Shown here: positions 16,969 to 25,257 of the stretch, piece after piece
Layout of the letters: every line of letters begins with the position of its first letter
Position numbering within the stretch: the first letter of the stretch is position 1
Virus record (IMG/VR): IMGVR_UViG_3300014208_000083
Coordinates: 1 to 37,693 of that record
DNA length: 37,693 bases
Source of the DNA: a virus
Taxonomy: Duplodnaviria; Caudoviricetes
Strand: one strand, 5' to 3'
Translations under genes and position numbers: made by a program
Notes under the pieces: model-generated
What the model saw: the letters and a program-made list of their open reading frames with translations, nothing else
What the model was told of the DNA's origin: nothing
The model's database searches: none

Positions 16969-18392
16969 ACTGCCCCCATGTCGGCAGGGATACCCCCGCC
17001 AGTAAAGTTCCCCTCTGATTTGCCGGACACCCCGCCCAATGGCCGGAAAGAACATATCTCCGCACTTTCGTCAAAAATATGATCCTCGGAATCCGTGTCC
17101 ACGTCCTCCGGATTGTTCACGTCCGCCTGCAGCATCGGTATTGTCCGGATGAAGTCCGTACACGTGTCGAACACCTGAAGCATCGGCCTCCCGCCTTCCT
17201 TCGGCACCGCAAGCCGCTGGTGGAACTGCCGGATCTTCGCAACCCTGTTCGAGTCCGCCTTACGCACCATCAGCCCGTTCCTGGCGAATATCTCCGCCGT
17301 ACTCGGTGTCTGTCCGCCCTGGCCGTACGCCGGTTTCTTGTTGAAACAGTCATGGCCGCACAGCCTCATGATGTTCCTGCCCGATATCCCAAGGTAGTCC
17401 TCCCGCTTCTTAATACGTCCGGCGATCTCGTCGTCTGCCAATCTCAAACCAACGTCCGGAACTCCGCTGCATCCGTACATCTCCGCGAACCGGACCGCCC
17501 GACCGTCGCCGTCGAAGAACCACCAGCCTACCGAGAACGGTTTCCCAAACCCCCAGTCAAACGTCATGTAAAGTGTTTCATCTTCCGGCACCGGATACGG
17601 TTTTATCACATGGTCCTGTACGTTGAACGCGAACATCTGCCCCATGAATATGTTCCAGTCGCCCGTCTTGTACGCCGTACGGTACGGTTCCGGCAACGCG
17701 TCCAGCCTGTCGATGTAACCGGGATCGTTCTGCATCAAAACAAAATTGTCCTGCAACGTCGCCGGTATGTACTGCCTCAGCATCCCACCCTCCCGTTTCG
17801 GCGCCTGCTTCAGTTCGTACGGCCTCGCAAAGTCAACCCACCGCCGTTTGCACCATACGTGCCCCACACCACCGGGATTCGTGCCACAATAAATCCCGGG
17901 TATCTTGTGCCGCCATATCTCCGGTACCGCCAGCGAACACCGCACACGGCCTCGCAGGTAGTCGTATGCGAATTCCGAGAACTGCGTGATCTCGTCAATC
18001 GCCAGCACGTTGATCTCCGCGCCCTGATAGCTGAACACGTCCTTGTCGTACTGGCAATGGCAGAAGTTCAGCATGCTCCCGTTTGTGAACATAAATCTCT
18101 TCTTGCTCTCGACGTACGTGCAAACATCCCTCGGAAATTCCATCTGCGCGTTCACAATATGGTTTCTCTCCAAGTCAGGGAACTCCCTCCGGAACAAGTA
18201 CGCCTGAAGCTCAGGTACCGCACAGCACAGCCGGAACAATTCGCCACGAAGTGACTTCGACTTGCCTCCGCCTGCCGCTCCGCCATACAACAGTTCGTTC
18301 GCAGCCGACGAATGGAACATCACCTGTTTCGGCTGAGGAACGTATTTCAGTTCCGGCGATTCCTTCGCAACCTGTTTCCCAGGGAAGTCCAT
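16965..18392 (-). CDS. terL: Terminase large subunit
   Basis: LYGGAAGGGKS Walker A, YQGAEINVLAIDEITQF Walker B, TNPGGVGH motif III, FDWGFGKPFS and EDHIFDE nuclease motifs; start at 18392 (TAATG overlap). Confidence 0.95.
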   Translation of the reverse strand: MDFPGKQVAKESPELKYVPQPKQVMFHSSAANELLYGGAAGGGKSKSLRGELFRLCCAVPELQAYLFRREFPDLERNHIVNAQMEFPRDVCTYVESKKRFMFTNGSMLNFCHCQYDKDVFSYQGAEINVLAIDEITQFSEFAYDYLRGRVRCSLAVPEIWRHKIPGIYCGTNPGGVGHVWCKRRWVDFARPYELKQAPKREGGMLRQYIPATLQDNFVLMQNDPGYIDRLDALPEPYRTAYKTGDWNIFMGQMFAFNVQDHVIKPYPVPEDETLYMTFDWGFGKPFSVGWWFFDGDGRAVRFAEMYGCSGVPDVGLRLADDEIAGRIKKREDYLGISGRNIMRLCGHDCFNKKPAYGQGGQTPSTAEIFARNGLMVRKADSNRVAKIRQFHQRLAVPKEGGRPMLQVFDTCTDFIRTIPMLQADVNNPEDVDTDSEDHIFDESAEICSFRPLGGVSGKSEGNFTGGGIPADMGAV

Positions 18393-18628
18393 TACAGTTT
18401 CACCCCGCATTTAGGACAGTAGGCGAAAATCCTGTCCTTTATCCAGGTATCCTTGCAACTGAAATACACAATGTCATACCCATTGTCACAATTCATCTCA
18501 AGCCCAATCATATGGTCGCATACTGGCTTGTTAGGAGCAATATCAGGAGACATCGACTTACTCCAGTTCTTCGCACATTCATCTTTCAGCTTCGCGTCGT
18601 CCCGTTCAACTCTTTCAGGTTCATTCAT
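18392..18628 (-). CDS. Small zinc-ribbon protein
   Basis: VCDH...FAYCPKCGVKL; GGAGG RBS. Confidence 0.65.
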   Translation of the reverse strand: MNEPERVERDDAKLKDECAKNWSKSMSPDIAPNKPVCDHMIGLEMNCDNGYDIVYFSCKDTWIKDRIFAYCPKCGVKL

Positions 18629-18693
18629 ATAAGCCTCCGAAAAATTTTACAGAATTTTTGAAAAATTTGGGAGACGGGGTACTTACGATACGA

Positions 18694-19032
18694 CTACCGC
18701 GCTTCCTTTACTCCCGTCCCGAATTCCGACATCAATACTCGACCCCACCCCTCTTTTAATGGAAACAAGCCCACCCCCTTGCCTTCCTTTGCCTCCTGCG
18801 CCCTGCGTCCATGCCTGAATTGTGCCTGAAACAGTGGATTACGTACTCGGATCGCCATTTGCAGGATTGTCGGAGTCGGGTTTCCGGCTGACGTCGTATA
18901 ATAAGGGTTATGTCGTCCCGAAATGAGGCTAACTCCGGCATAGGTTTTATTATTTCGATCCTCAGAAACCGGTTTAGCCTCAATTTCCAGAGGCTTAGGA
19001 GCTGAAAAGGGGAACTTTTGAAAACTTGTCAT
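18694..19032 (-). CDS. Doubtful hypothetical protein
   Basis: ATGA overlap with terS, but it runs across G-tracts that look non-coding. Confidence 0.3.
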   Translation of the reverse strand: MTSFQKFPFSAPKPLEIEAKPVSEDRNNKTYAGVSLISGRHNPYYTTSAGNPTPTILQMAIRVRNPLFQAQFRHGRRAQEAKEGKGVGLFPLKEGWGRVLMSEFGTGVKEAR

Positions 19033-19631
19033 TTAGTAATTTCCTTCACAGTTTCCGCCTGTACGTCGATTGCAGGAGGCTTGTCGGGCATCGGCAAGTG
19101 CATTACGATCTCCATCCTCTGCGTGCCGGAAACCTCAGTTTTGTTCTCGGTCTTGTCGATGTAGCCGTATCGGTTCTTCAGGTAGAATGAGGCGAATTGA
19201 GGGTTTGTCTTCGTATGGTAGACGGCGATGTTCTGTTCGCAGATTACACGCGCGCGACTCAGCATTCGACGTGCATTTTTTATTGCCTTCTCCTCTATTT
19301 CGGTTGGTTTCACAGGCTCGAACTCCTCTATTGAATCCCGCAGGTAAGTCGTTGGCAGTTCGGTACATGCAGTAATAAACTGGTCTGGATGGACACAGGC
19401 TTGATTACTGATACAGAATGACAATAAAGCTTCCATGAGCTTTTCCTTATCGGCTGGGGACAGGTCGTGCTGTGCTTTTTTCTCCAAAGCTTCCCATGGG
19501 ACGAGCAGGCGGGAACTATGAACGATATCTTCGGGAGTCTGGGTGAGAGCTTGACGGGCTTCTTCTCGGAGCTGCTTCTTGGCAATCATCCTTTTCAGGA
19601 ATGCTTCACCGTCTGGAGTTTGTTTTGCCAT
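19029..19631 (-). CDS. terS: Terminase small subunit (P22 gp3-like C-terminal motif)
   Basis: NPQFASFYLKNRYGYIDKTE followed by a beta-tail; upstream of terL. Confidence 0.7.
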   Translation of the reverse strand: MAKQTPDGEAFLKRMIAKKQLREEARQALTQTPEDIVHSSRLLVPWEALEKKAQHDLSPADKEKLMEALLSFCISNQACVHPDQFITACTELPTTYLRDSIEEFEPVKPTEIEEKAIKNARRMLSRARVICEQNIAVYHTKTNPQFASFYLKNRYGYIDKTENKTEVSGTQRMEIVMHLPMPDKPPAIDVQAETVKEITK

Positions 19632-19669
19632 CTTAGTTCTGACCTTCGGGTTTGGTTCTGACTTTGTAC

Positions 19670-19699
19670 ACTTTATGCGATACTTTGTGCCAAAACTAC
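19670..19699 (-). promoter_or_regulatory. Putative late promoter motif, copy 3 (variant)
   Basis: GTAGTTTTGG-N5-AGTATCGCATAAAGT upstream of terS. Confidence 0.5.
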
Positions 19700-19855
19700 T
19701 GGAAAACGTAAAAAAGGCGGAAAATTGATTTGGTGTTAAAAACAGCCATTGAACTTAACATGAAGGTGATTTGACGGGTCTTTTGGCGAAATGACGGATT
19801 GCAGGAACAGCGTTTAAACGAAGAATTCAGTCACCGGACATATCCTGACACCCCC

Positions 19856-20450
19856 CTGGACTGTGATCGGTGATTTTTGAGGGCTGGACTGTGGAATAGG
19901 GGTATTTTTGAGATCCTCCACATGGTCAGGACGGTGAAACCGGAGAACGGTGTAGTTTTGAATTTTTGGGGCAACGGGAAACGAAGCAAGCCGTACCCTC
20001 CATGTTACATGGTCAGACCTCGGCGGTTGGAGCCTGCGACAATAACGCAGGAGCGTAGCGACTAAGTGCCGACGAGTCGGACCACCCGGAGGGCAGCACG
20101 TCTGTGCTGTGTAAGGATGGCGGGCTTTGACGCCTTCCGAACATGGTGGGTGCGAGCGTATGCGAGGAAGGGTTATATATATAATATATGTCGCTGACTC
20201 GGATTTTACAAAGCGTTCGTTATTAACAATTTACAGCTAATTTATGTTTTAAAATCCGAGTGTGATTTATAAACATATGATTATGAAGCACTTACAATCC
20301 GAACTTTATATAAAACCGGCAATCGGAACCCCGCGCCGGAGATGTCTGCATGAAATACGCTGTAAGTAGTTCTGACGTGCCCGACTTAGGACGTAAAAAC
20401 AGGGATTAAAAACAGATGGGCCTTAAAATAAAGGATAAAATACGCTGTAA
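19856..20450. other. Structured non-coding region, candidate replication origin
   Basis: Direct repeats, four clustered short inverted repeats, a TA run, a 12-bp inverted repeat and IHF-like sites; no credible ORF. Confidence 0.4.
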
Positions 20451-20498
20451 ACGGGGATACGTAGTCCATTTATGACTTTTTAAAGGCATATATAGGCG

Positions 20499-20764
20499 TT
20501 ATCGCGGAAATCGGGTAAACATGCTCTTGTTTTTGGCATATAATACATATCCGTTTCTGATACCTATTCCAACCTTCCTGATCCGTTTTGCTGCGACCGC
20601 AGGAGATACACCAAGCATCATGGCGAACTTCTCGTCCTCGGTGAGGGGTCTTCGACGGCCTTCGGCGCTGCCGACAGGCGCCCGACCATATCGGTCACCA
20701 CCCTCCAGAAGTCGTCCTGGACCTACTGTTCGAAGCTTTTCTCGGTCTTCAGTTCTTCTTGCAT
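20499..20764 (-). pseudogene. Disrupted HTH gene resembling the primase-helicase C-terminus
   Basis: MQEELKTEKSFEQ*VQDDFW...VEDP, frameshift, then LTEDEKFAMMLGVSPAVAAKRIRKVGIGIRNGYV. Confidence 0.45.
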
Positions 20765-21108
20765 GTCTTCTTTCCTTTCTTCTGTTCCTGTAGCATTACT
20801 GCCTGCCGGTAGCGTTTTCCAGGGCGATTGCCTGCCTGTATGATCTCCCTGCCGAACCCGTCTATCAGCTTCCTGTTGGCGAGATCCACCTTCTCCCTTG
20901 TTATAGGTATATGAACCTCGACTGGCCACTTAACCGGACTCCTGAACGCCTTCATCACCTCTCGTATATGCTCCTTGGTGAACAGGCTTTCGTTGGTGAA
21001 CCCAACATCTATGTCCGGTGGCGCGTCCTTCGGATGAATGCACTTCCCCAGAGGTCCAAGGGATTTCCCGTTGACCCCTGTGAAGTACTTGCGGAACTTG
21101 CTTTTCAT
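20749..21108 (-). CDS. Hypothetical basic protein
   Basis: 119 aa; ATGA overlap with the upstream HTH gene. Confidence 0.65.
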   Translation of the reverse strand: MKSKFRKYFTGVNGKSLGPLGKCIHPKDAPPDIDVGFTNESLFTKEHIREVMKAFRSPVKWPVEVHIPITREKVDLANRKLIDGFGREIIQAGNRPGKRYRQAVMLQEQKKGKKTCKKN

Positions 21109-21275
21109 TTTTCCACCTTCATCAGCTTCTCCACGTCCTCAAGATTCACCCTGCGCTGGTTTCCAGGCGTTTTCCACGCCTGAAGATCGCCGTTTGCAAT
21201 CCATCTCCTGATTGTCTGGGGATGCACGCCTATAATCTTCGCCACCTTGCCTACCGCAACCGCTTTTTTCTCCAT
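21105..21275 (-). CDS. Excisionase/MerR-type winged HTH protein (56 aa)
   Basis: Manual translation MEKKAVAVGKVAKIIGVHPQTIRRWIANGDLQAWKTPGNQRRVNLEDVEKLMKVEK; AGGAG RBS. Confidence 0.85.
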   Translation of the reverse strand: MEKKAVAVGKVAKIIGVHPQTIRRWIANGDLQAWKTPGNQRRVNLEDVEKLMKVEK

Positions 21276-21305
21276 GAGACTTTCTCCTGTGTTAGTGTGT
21301 TGAAT

Positions 21306-21334
21306 GATATAATATGTATAAGTTTAATAATCAA
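21306..21334 (-). promoter_or_regulatory. Possible leftward sigma70-type promoter
   Basis: TTGATT-N17-TATATC in the AT-rich divergent region. Confidence 0.35.
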
Positions 21335-21447
21335 AACTATTCATTTCGTATAAATAATAAAGATTTATTTTAGCTATTTTACCATTTATATCTCCTTGAC
21401 ACACCGCACACTTACAATGTAAATTACAAATATTTTATACAAATGAC

Positions 21448-21476
21448 TTGCATTATCTACGGTGCTGATATATACT
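21448..21476 (+). promoter_or_regulatory. Early sigma70-type promoter
   Basis: TTGCAT-N17-TATACT with an AT-rich upstream element. Confidence 0.7.
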
Positions 21477-21509
21477 GTATGCAGGCAAGGGAAACAAACT
21501 AAAAAGGAT

Positions 21510-21659
21510 ATGAAGATGAAAAAGGAAATGAAACGGTATGAATGCGTATCAGGCTACATAATCGCAGAGGACGGATCCTATGGGATAGGCGATAATGTGG
21601 ATGATATAATCGGAGATGTGCAATCAATACAGGATATCGGCGAGGATGATGCAGTATAA
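21510..21659 (+). CDS. Small acidic early protein
   Basis: First ORF after the promoter; AAAGGA RBS. Confidence 0.5.
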   Translation: MKMKKEMKRYECVSGYIIAEDGSYGIGDNVDDIIGDVQSIQDIGEDDAV

Positions 21660-21703
21660 ACGCCGCAAGGCGTAAGGGTTTAAACAGCAACAAGGAGGAC
21701 AGT

Positions 21704-22114
21704 ATGAACGCGACATTTGTAAAGGACATCAGAACGGAGAACACCGGAGGCGGAGTAATGAACGACTACATCGAACTGAAGAACGGGAAAGTGATCCTTA
21801 TATATGAAGAAGGGATCATGCTCTTCGACAATCTCCATGATGCAAAAAATGAAATTGACAGGTCAAGAGGATTGATTGAATTTCCTGAAGTCTATCTTCC
21901 TGACCTTCTCCCTATGGAGAATTCAACATTCGTTGAAAGTATCAAGACAGAAAAGTATCACGGATTCAACTGTGATCTGGTGGAACTGGTTGACGGAAAG
22001 GTTTTGAGAATTGCAGATGATGTATGCGCCCTGTTCAAAAGCTATGCTTCAGCAGAAGAGGGAAAGAACGTAGTCGGCACGATATTGTTTGATAAGGTAC
22101 TCAGGATGATTTGA
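21704..22114 (+). CDS. Early protein with an internal tandem domain duplication
   Basis: AAGGAGG RBS; two similar units of about 60 aa. Confidence 0.75.
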   Translation: MNATFVKDIRTENTGGGVMNDYIELKNGKVILIYEEGIMLFDNLHDAKNEIDRSRGLIEFPEVYLPDLLPMENSTFVESIKTEKYHGFNCDLVELVDGKVLRIADDVCALFKSYASAEEGKNVVGTILFDKVLRMI

Positions 22115-22181
22115 GTCTTCACTCCCCCCGAGTGACAGACGGGCGGATATGAGGTTTCAAACAGCAACAAGGGAGGAAGGT

Positions 22182-22508
22182 ATGACATACACATGGATAA
22201 ATGGATGTGATAGACCCATAGTAAAATACTATGGAAGTAAACCGCATATCTCTAATCTGGGCGATAAATTATTTCATATCAAATTTAGATTTGAAACGGT
22301 TTGGATTATCACTGATGCCGAAGGAATAATTGAAGATTCTAATATAAAAATCACAACCGCATTTGTCAGACAACAGGATGGATCTTCAGTTCCTTGTATC
22401 GGTTTGGATGATTACTATTCATGCAGAGTTGACGATATTCCTGCTAATATCATATGGAGATCAATACTTTTTGAACGTATTAAACAAGAACAGGAGATAG
22501 CACAATGA
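22182..22508 (+). CDS. Hypothetical early protein
   Basis: GGAGG RBS before ATG 22182. Confidence 0.7.
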   Translation: MTYTWINGCDRPIVKYYGSKPHISNLGDKLFHIKFRFETVWIITDAEGIIEDSNIKITTAFVRQQDGSSVPCIGLDDYYSCRVDDIPANIIWRSILFERIKQEQEIAQ

Positions 22509-22696
22509 ATTTAAACGACATCAAAGTACGGGCTTGCAGTATCCAGTGTATCGGACATCCCGAATGGGGTACATGGGGAGTCATGGACGATTGCGGAGGA
22601 TGGTACAACATCCATGGCAGATCCGGTGGACGGGTACTTGACAAGGCTGAGGCTGTTACACATTGGGAAATTGTAAAACCAACGGAGAGGAAATAG
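22505..22696 (+). CDS. Hypothetical early protein
   Basis: AGGAG RBS; ATGA overlap; HPEWGTW motif. Confidence 0.65.
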   Translation: MNLNDIKVRACSIQCIGHPEWGTWGVMDDCGGWYNIHGRSGGRVLDKAEAVTHWEIVKPTERK

Positions 22697-22698
22697 CA

Positions 22699-23130
22699 AT
22701 GAAGTATCTATCGCATTACACAGAAGAGAGACAAACGGCATTATTTGCGGAAACTGGAGCGTTTTTTGCGTTTAGCGAAAAAAAACTTAACGAGCAGAAG
22801 AAAGACGGTGTAAAGTATGTGTCTCTGGGGTTTGGCATGATCTGTCCGAAATCAACAGCAGATAAATTGTTTGCTGGACTAGATCAGATAACGAAAGAAG
22901 CCATACAGCAGGACTTGGCTAAAAACGGCAAGCAGGGAGTAATTCGCAGGGAACTAGGCAATCACGAATATTGCATCACCCATGACATAACTGACACTGA
23001 ACGGGCATTATCCGGCTACGGAATAACCCGCGAGGAAATAAAGGCGGAAATAAAAGGATACTTGAAGGAGTATTACGCATGGGAAGAAAAGCAGGAAGCG
23101 GAACGGATAAACAAGGAGAAAGCAATATGA
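22699..23130 (+). CDS. Hypothetical phage early protein
   Basis: Start MKYLSHY; GAFFAFS...ELGNHEYCIT motifs. Confidence 0.7.
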   Translation: MKYLSHYTEERQTALFAETGAFFAFSEKKLNEQKKDGVKYVSLGFGMICPKSTADKLFAGLDQITKEAIQQDLAKNGKQGVIRRELGNHEYCITHDITDTERALSGYGITREEIKAEIKGYLKEYYAWEEKQEAERINKEKAI

Positions 23131-23591
23131 AGAAGAAGTCAAAGAAAGATCTTACGGCTGTAAATCTGGCGAGAGCTTTTTCGAGCGTACTTAAAGAATG
23201 GATTTCCGACGACCAGATGAAGAAGGTGAACGAACTGAACCAGACACAGGAGTATATTGATTGTTGCGCCTCTCACAACTACTGTGATGCGAACGAGGCG
23301 ATGGCGGAAGCTCTCGAAGCTCTTAATGTTGACCATCCAGACCTGAATAATGATGGCATGCGGAACCTCTGGAACGAAGCATGGACTATCGCCAAACAAA
23401 ACCAGTTCTACGTACCGCTCTGGAAACGTGCGCCTGTACCGTCCACGGACGACAAGGCGAGCCATATCATCGGCGAACTGATCCTGATGGAGAAGTACAG
23501 GTTTGCCGACAAAGACCTGATCGCGGACGCTGTACGGGAGACGGTAAAACTCATAAACAAGGATGATAATGGAAAGTTATCGGGAAATTGA
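23127..23591 (+). CDS. Hypothetical phage early protein
   Basis: AAGGAG RBS; CASHNYCDANEAM motif. Confidence 0.7.
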   Translation: MKKKSKKDLTAVNLARAFSSVLKEWISDDQMKKVNELNQTQEYIDCCASHNYCDANEAMAEALEALNVDHPDLNNDGMRNLWNEAWTIAKQNQFYVPLWKRAPVPSTDDKASHIIGELILMEKYRFADKDLIADAVRETVKLINKDDNGKLSGN

Positions 23592-23790
23592 CAGGAACGA
23601 TAAACGGTTAGATCAGACGAGAAAAATAAAAGTTTGCCGTCCATGCTCTTGCGGTTGCGATGCCAGAGGCGGATTGAAAGGTGTCGGCTATCTTCTTGCC
23701 AACACCGGAAATGGCGAAGGTGCGACTATCTGGATTAAAGATGAAAAGGTTTTTAAGGTTATAGAAAGTTTAATAAATAGGAGCAAATAA
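23563..23790 (+). CDS. Hypothetical protein (CRPCSCGCD)
   Basis: ORF track; operon context. Confidence 0.6.
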   Translation: MIMESYREIDRNDKRLDQTRKIKVCRPCSCGCDARGGLKGVGYLLANTGNGEGATIWIKDEKVFKVIESLINRSK

Positions 23791-23792
23791 CA

Positions 23793-23969
23793 ATGACCCC
23801 CAAAGAACTCAAGGAAATACGCCGTAAGCTGAAAATGACACAGGCCGAACTTGCAGCCGACCTGTGCGTTACCGTGACCACGGTGGCGAACTGGGAGCAG
23901 GGCAAGACGATCTCGAAGGCGATGGAGCAACTTATCAATATCAAATATAACAGGGAGGAACAAAAATGA
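23793..23969 (+). CDS. XRE/Cro-family HTH regulator (58 aa)
   Basis: Manual translation MTPKELKEIRRKLKMTQAELAADLCVTVTTVANWEQGKTISKAMEQLINIKYNREEQK; AGGAG RBS. Confidence 0.85.
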   Translation: MTPKELKEIRRKLKMTQAELAADLCVTVTTVANWEQGKTISKAMEQLINIKYNREEQK

Positions 23970-24589
23970 AAACGGTAATAGTAAGCAGGCACGGAGAGGT
24001 AAAACTTAGAATCCCCGTAGAGGAGCGTAACGGGATATTAAGAGCTGGCCAAAACATACTCATAAACAACGATCTGATCCGTGATCCTCACACCAAGGAG
24101 AGCGTAGCCGCCGCAATCAAGGCGCACAAAATTACAGCAGAGATAGAGGCGATGGGGATGCGGATTGGTGATAATGGCAATGGCCTGATATGCACATGGG
24201 CAGATGAGCACGATAAGGCGGCGCGTGATGCCGCATTAGCCGCGCTCACAGATGCGCTGAGAGAGCGTATGGAGATATCCAAACTATTTGCCGCCGCCGA
24301 ACGCCGCCTCAATGACACCGATGATTGCAACACAATGGATCATTACCGCATGATGGCGCAGGCAAGGGCAAAGCTTGAGGCGTGGCAATTACAATATCCG
24401 GCAGATGCAAAAAAAGAAAAAGCCGACGCGCTCAGGGCAAAAGCGGCAGACAAGCGCGATCTCGCCAGAGGCGCGCTCGCCTATGATGCTGATGGATGGC
24501 TCAACGAGGCCGCCCGCCAGAAACGGCATGATGATATTATGGCCGAGGCGGACGAACTGGAAAAACAGGCAGTTGAGTTGGAAAAATAA
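23966..24589 (+). CDS. Hypothetical helical Ala-rich protein
   Basis: 207 aa; GGAGG RBS. Confidence 0.75.
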   Translation: MKTVIVSRHGEVKLRIPVEERNGILRAGQNILINNDLIRDPHTKESVAAAIKAHKITAEIEAMGMRIGDNGNGLICTWADEHDKAARDAALAALTDALRERMEISKLFAAAERRLNDTDDCNTMDHYRMMAQARAKLEAWQLQYPADAKKEKADALRAKAADKRDLARGALAYDADGWLNEAARQKRHDDIMAEADELEKQAVELEK

Positions 24590-24609
24590 TAAAAAAAGGA
24601 GGAACGGAA

Positions 24610-24900
24610 ATGAAAAAGTATTGCACACAGAACAACGGTGATTGCCTGACATGCTCACTGGTCAACTACGGCAGGGATTGCAAGAATAATCCATTGACAG
24701 GCAAGTATCCCGACATGACGGCAGAAGAGATACTCAATACCGTAAGGGCGGATCTCCGCGAAGCTGATAATACGCTGTCCGCCGAAGGCCGCAAGGAAGC
24801 AAAAGAGTTTTTCGGCGAAGGTTTTGACGTGCAAGATTATATCATAAAACTTGCCGTCAGAATTACCGAAGCATCAAAGGCAATGAACGAAAGAAAATAA
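24610..24900 (+). CDS. Hypothetical protein with N-terminal Cys motif
   Basis: CTQNNGDCLTCSLVNYGRDCKNNP; AAGGAGG RBS. Confidence 0.75.
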   Translation: MKKYCTQNNGDCLTCSLVNYGRDCKNNPLTGKYPDMTAEEILNTVRADLREADNTLSAEGRKEAKEFFGEGFDVQDYIIKLAVRITEASKAMNERK

Positions 24901-24940
24901 ACCAATAAGGGAAAAACCACAGATAATAAATTAACACATG

Positions 24941-24968
24941 AGCCTCGGCCTAATCCGCCGAGGTTTTT
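24941..24968 (+). terminator. Intrinsic terminator ending the early operon
   Basis: AGCCTCGGC-N7-GCCGAGGTT followed by a T run. Confidence 0.75.
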
Positions 24969-25036
24969 GATTTATGTGCAGTCCCCATAGCTAAAAAAAA
25001 GTTTAAAATATTTTGCATATTTTTTTATATTATGGT

Positions 25037-25066
25037 TTGACAGTAGGGGAAACCCTATTATTTTAT
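25037..25066 (+). promoter_or_regulatory. Promoter of the replication operon with an operator-like inverted repeat
   Basis: TTGACA at 25037, TAGGG-GAAA-CCCTA in the spacer, AT-rich -10 region. Confidence 0.55.
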
Positions 25067-25085
25067 TAACCTAGCAAGGAGAGAT

Positions 25086-25178
25086 ATGAAAATCAAAAAT
25101 GCCAGCGAAAGGAAGGTGCGCCATGAAGAAATAAACAATTCTAATTATGAAATACCAGGATTTTTAAGATCATTTTAA
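25086..25178 (+). CDS. 30-aa peptide ending in an FtsZ C-terminal-like motif
   Basis: MKIKNASERKVRHEEINNSNYEIPGFLRSF; AAGGAG RBS. Confidence 0.5.
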   Translation: MKIKNASERKVRHEEINNSNYEIPGFLRSF

Positions 25179-25190
25179 GTATGTTTTTAT

Positions 25191-25216
25191 TGCTCTTGGA
25201 GGACGCTCCAAGGGCA
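25191..25216 (+). other. Stable intergenic hairpin
   Basis: TGCTCTTGGAG-GACG-CTCCAAGGGCA. Confidence 0.55.
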
Positions 25217-25257
25217 TCTTAAAACGGATTTAAAAGAATAAAGAGGAGAAAACAGAG

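Noticed and set aside
17079-18254. 391-aa plus-strand ORF antisense to terL
   Set aside because: Shadow of the GC-rich codon bias of the terminase gene; no motifs or RBS.
19670-19699. Sigma54 promoter (TGGCAC...)
   Set aside because: The GG-to-GC spacing is 11 rather than 10, and the other two motif copies do not fit.
19856-19912. CRISPR-like mini array
   Set aside because: Only two short imperfect repeats, with no spacer-length unique sequence and no cas genes.
20723-20725. In-frame TAG as a sign of genetic code 15
   Set aside because: All large genes are intact under code 11; a single CAG-to-TAG change in a gene that also has a frameshift is simpler.
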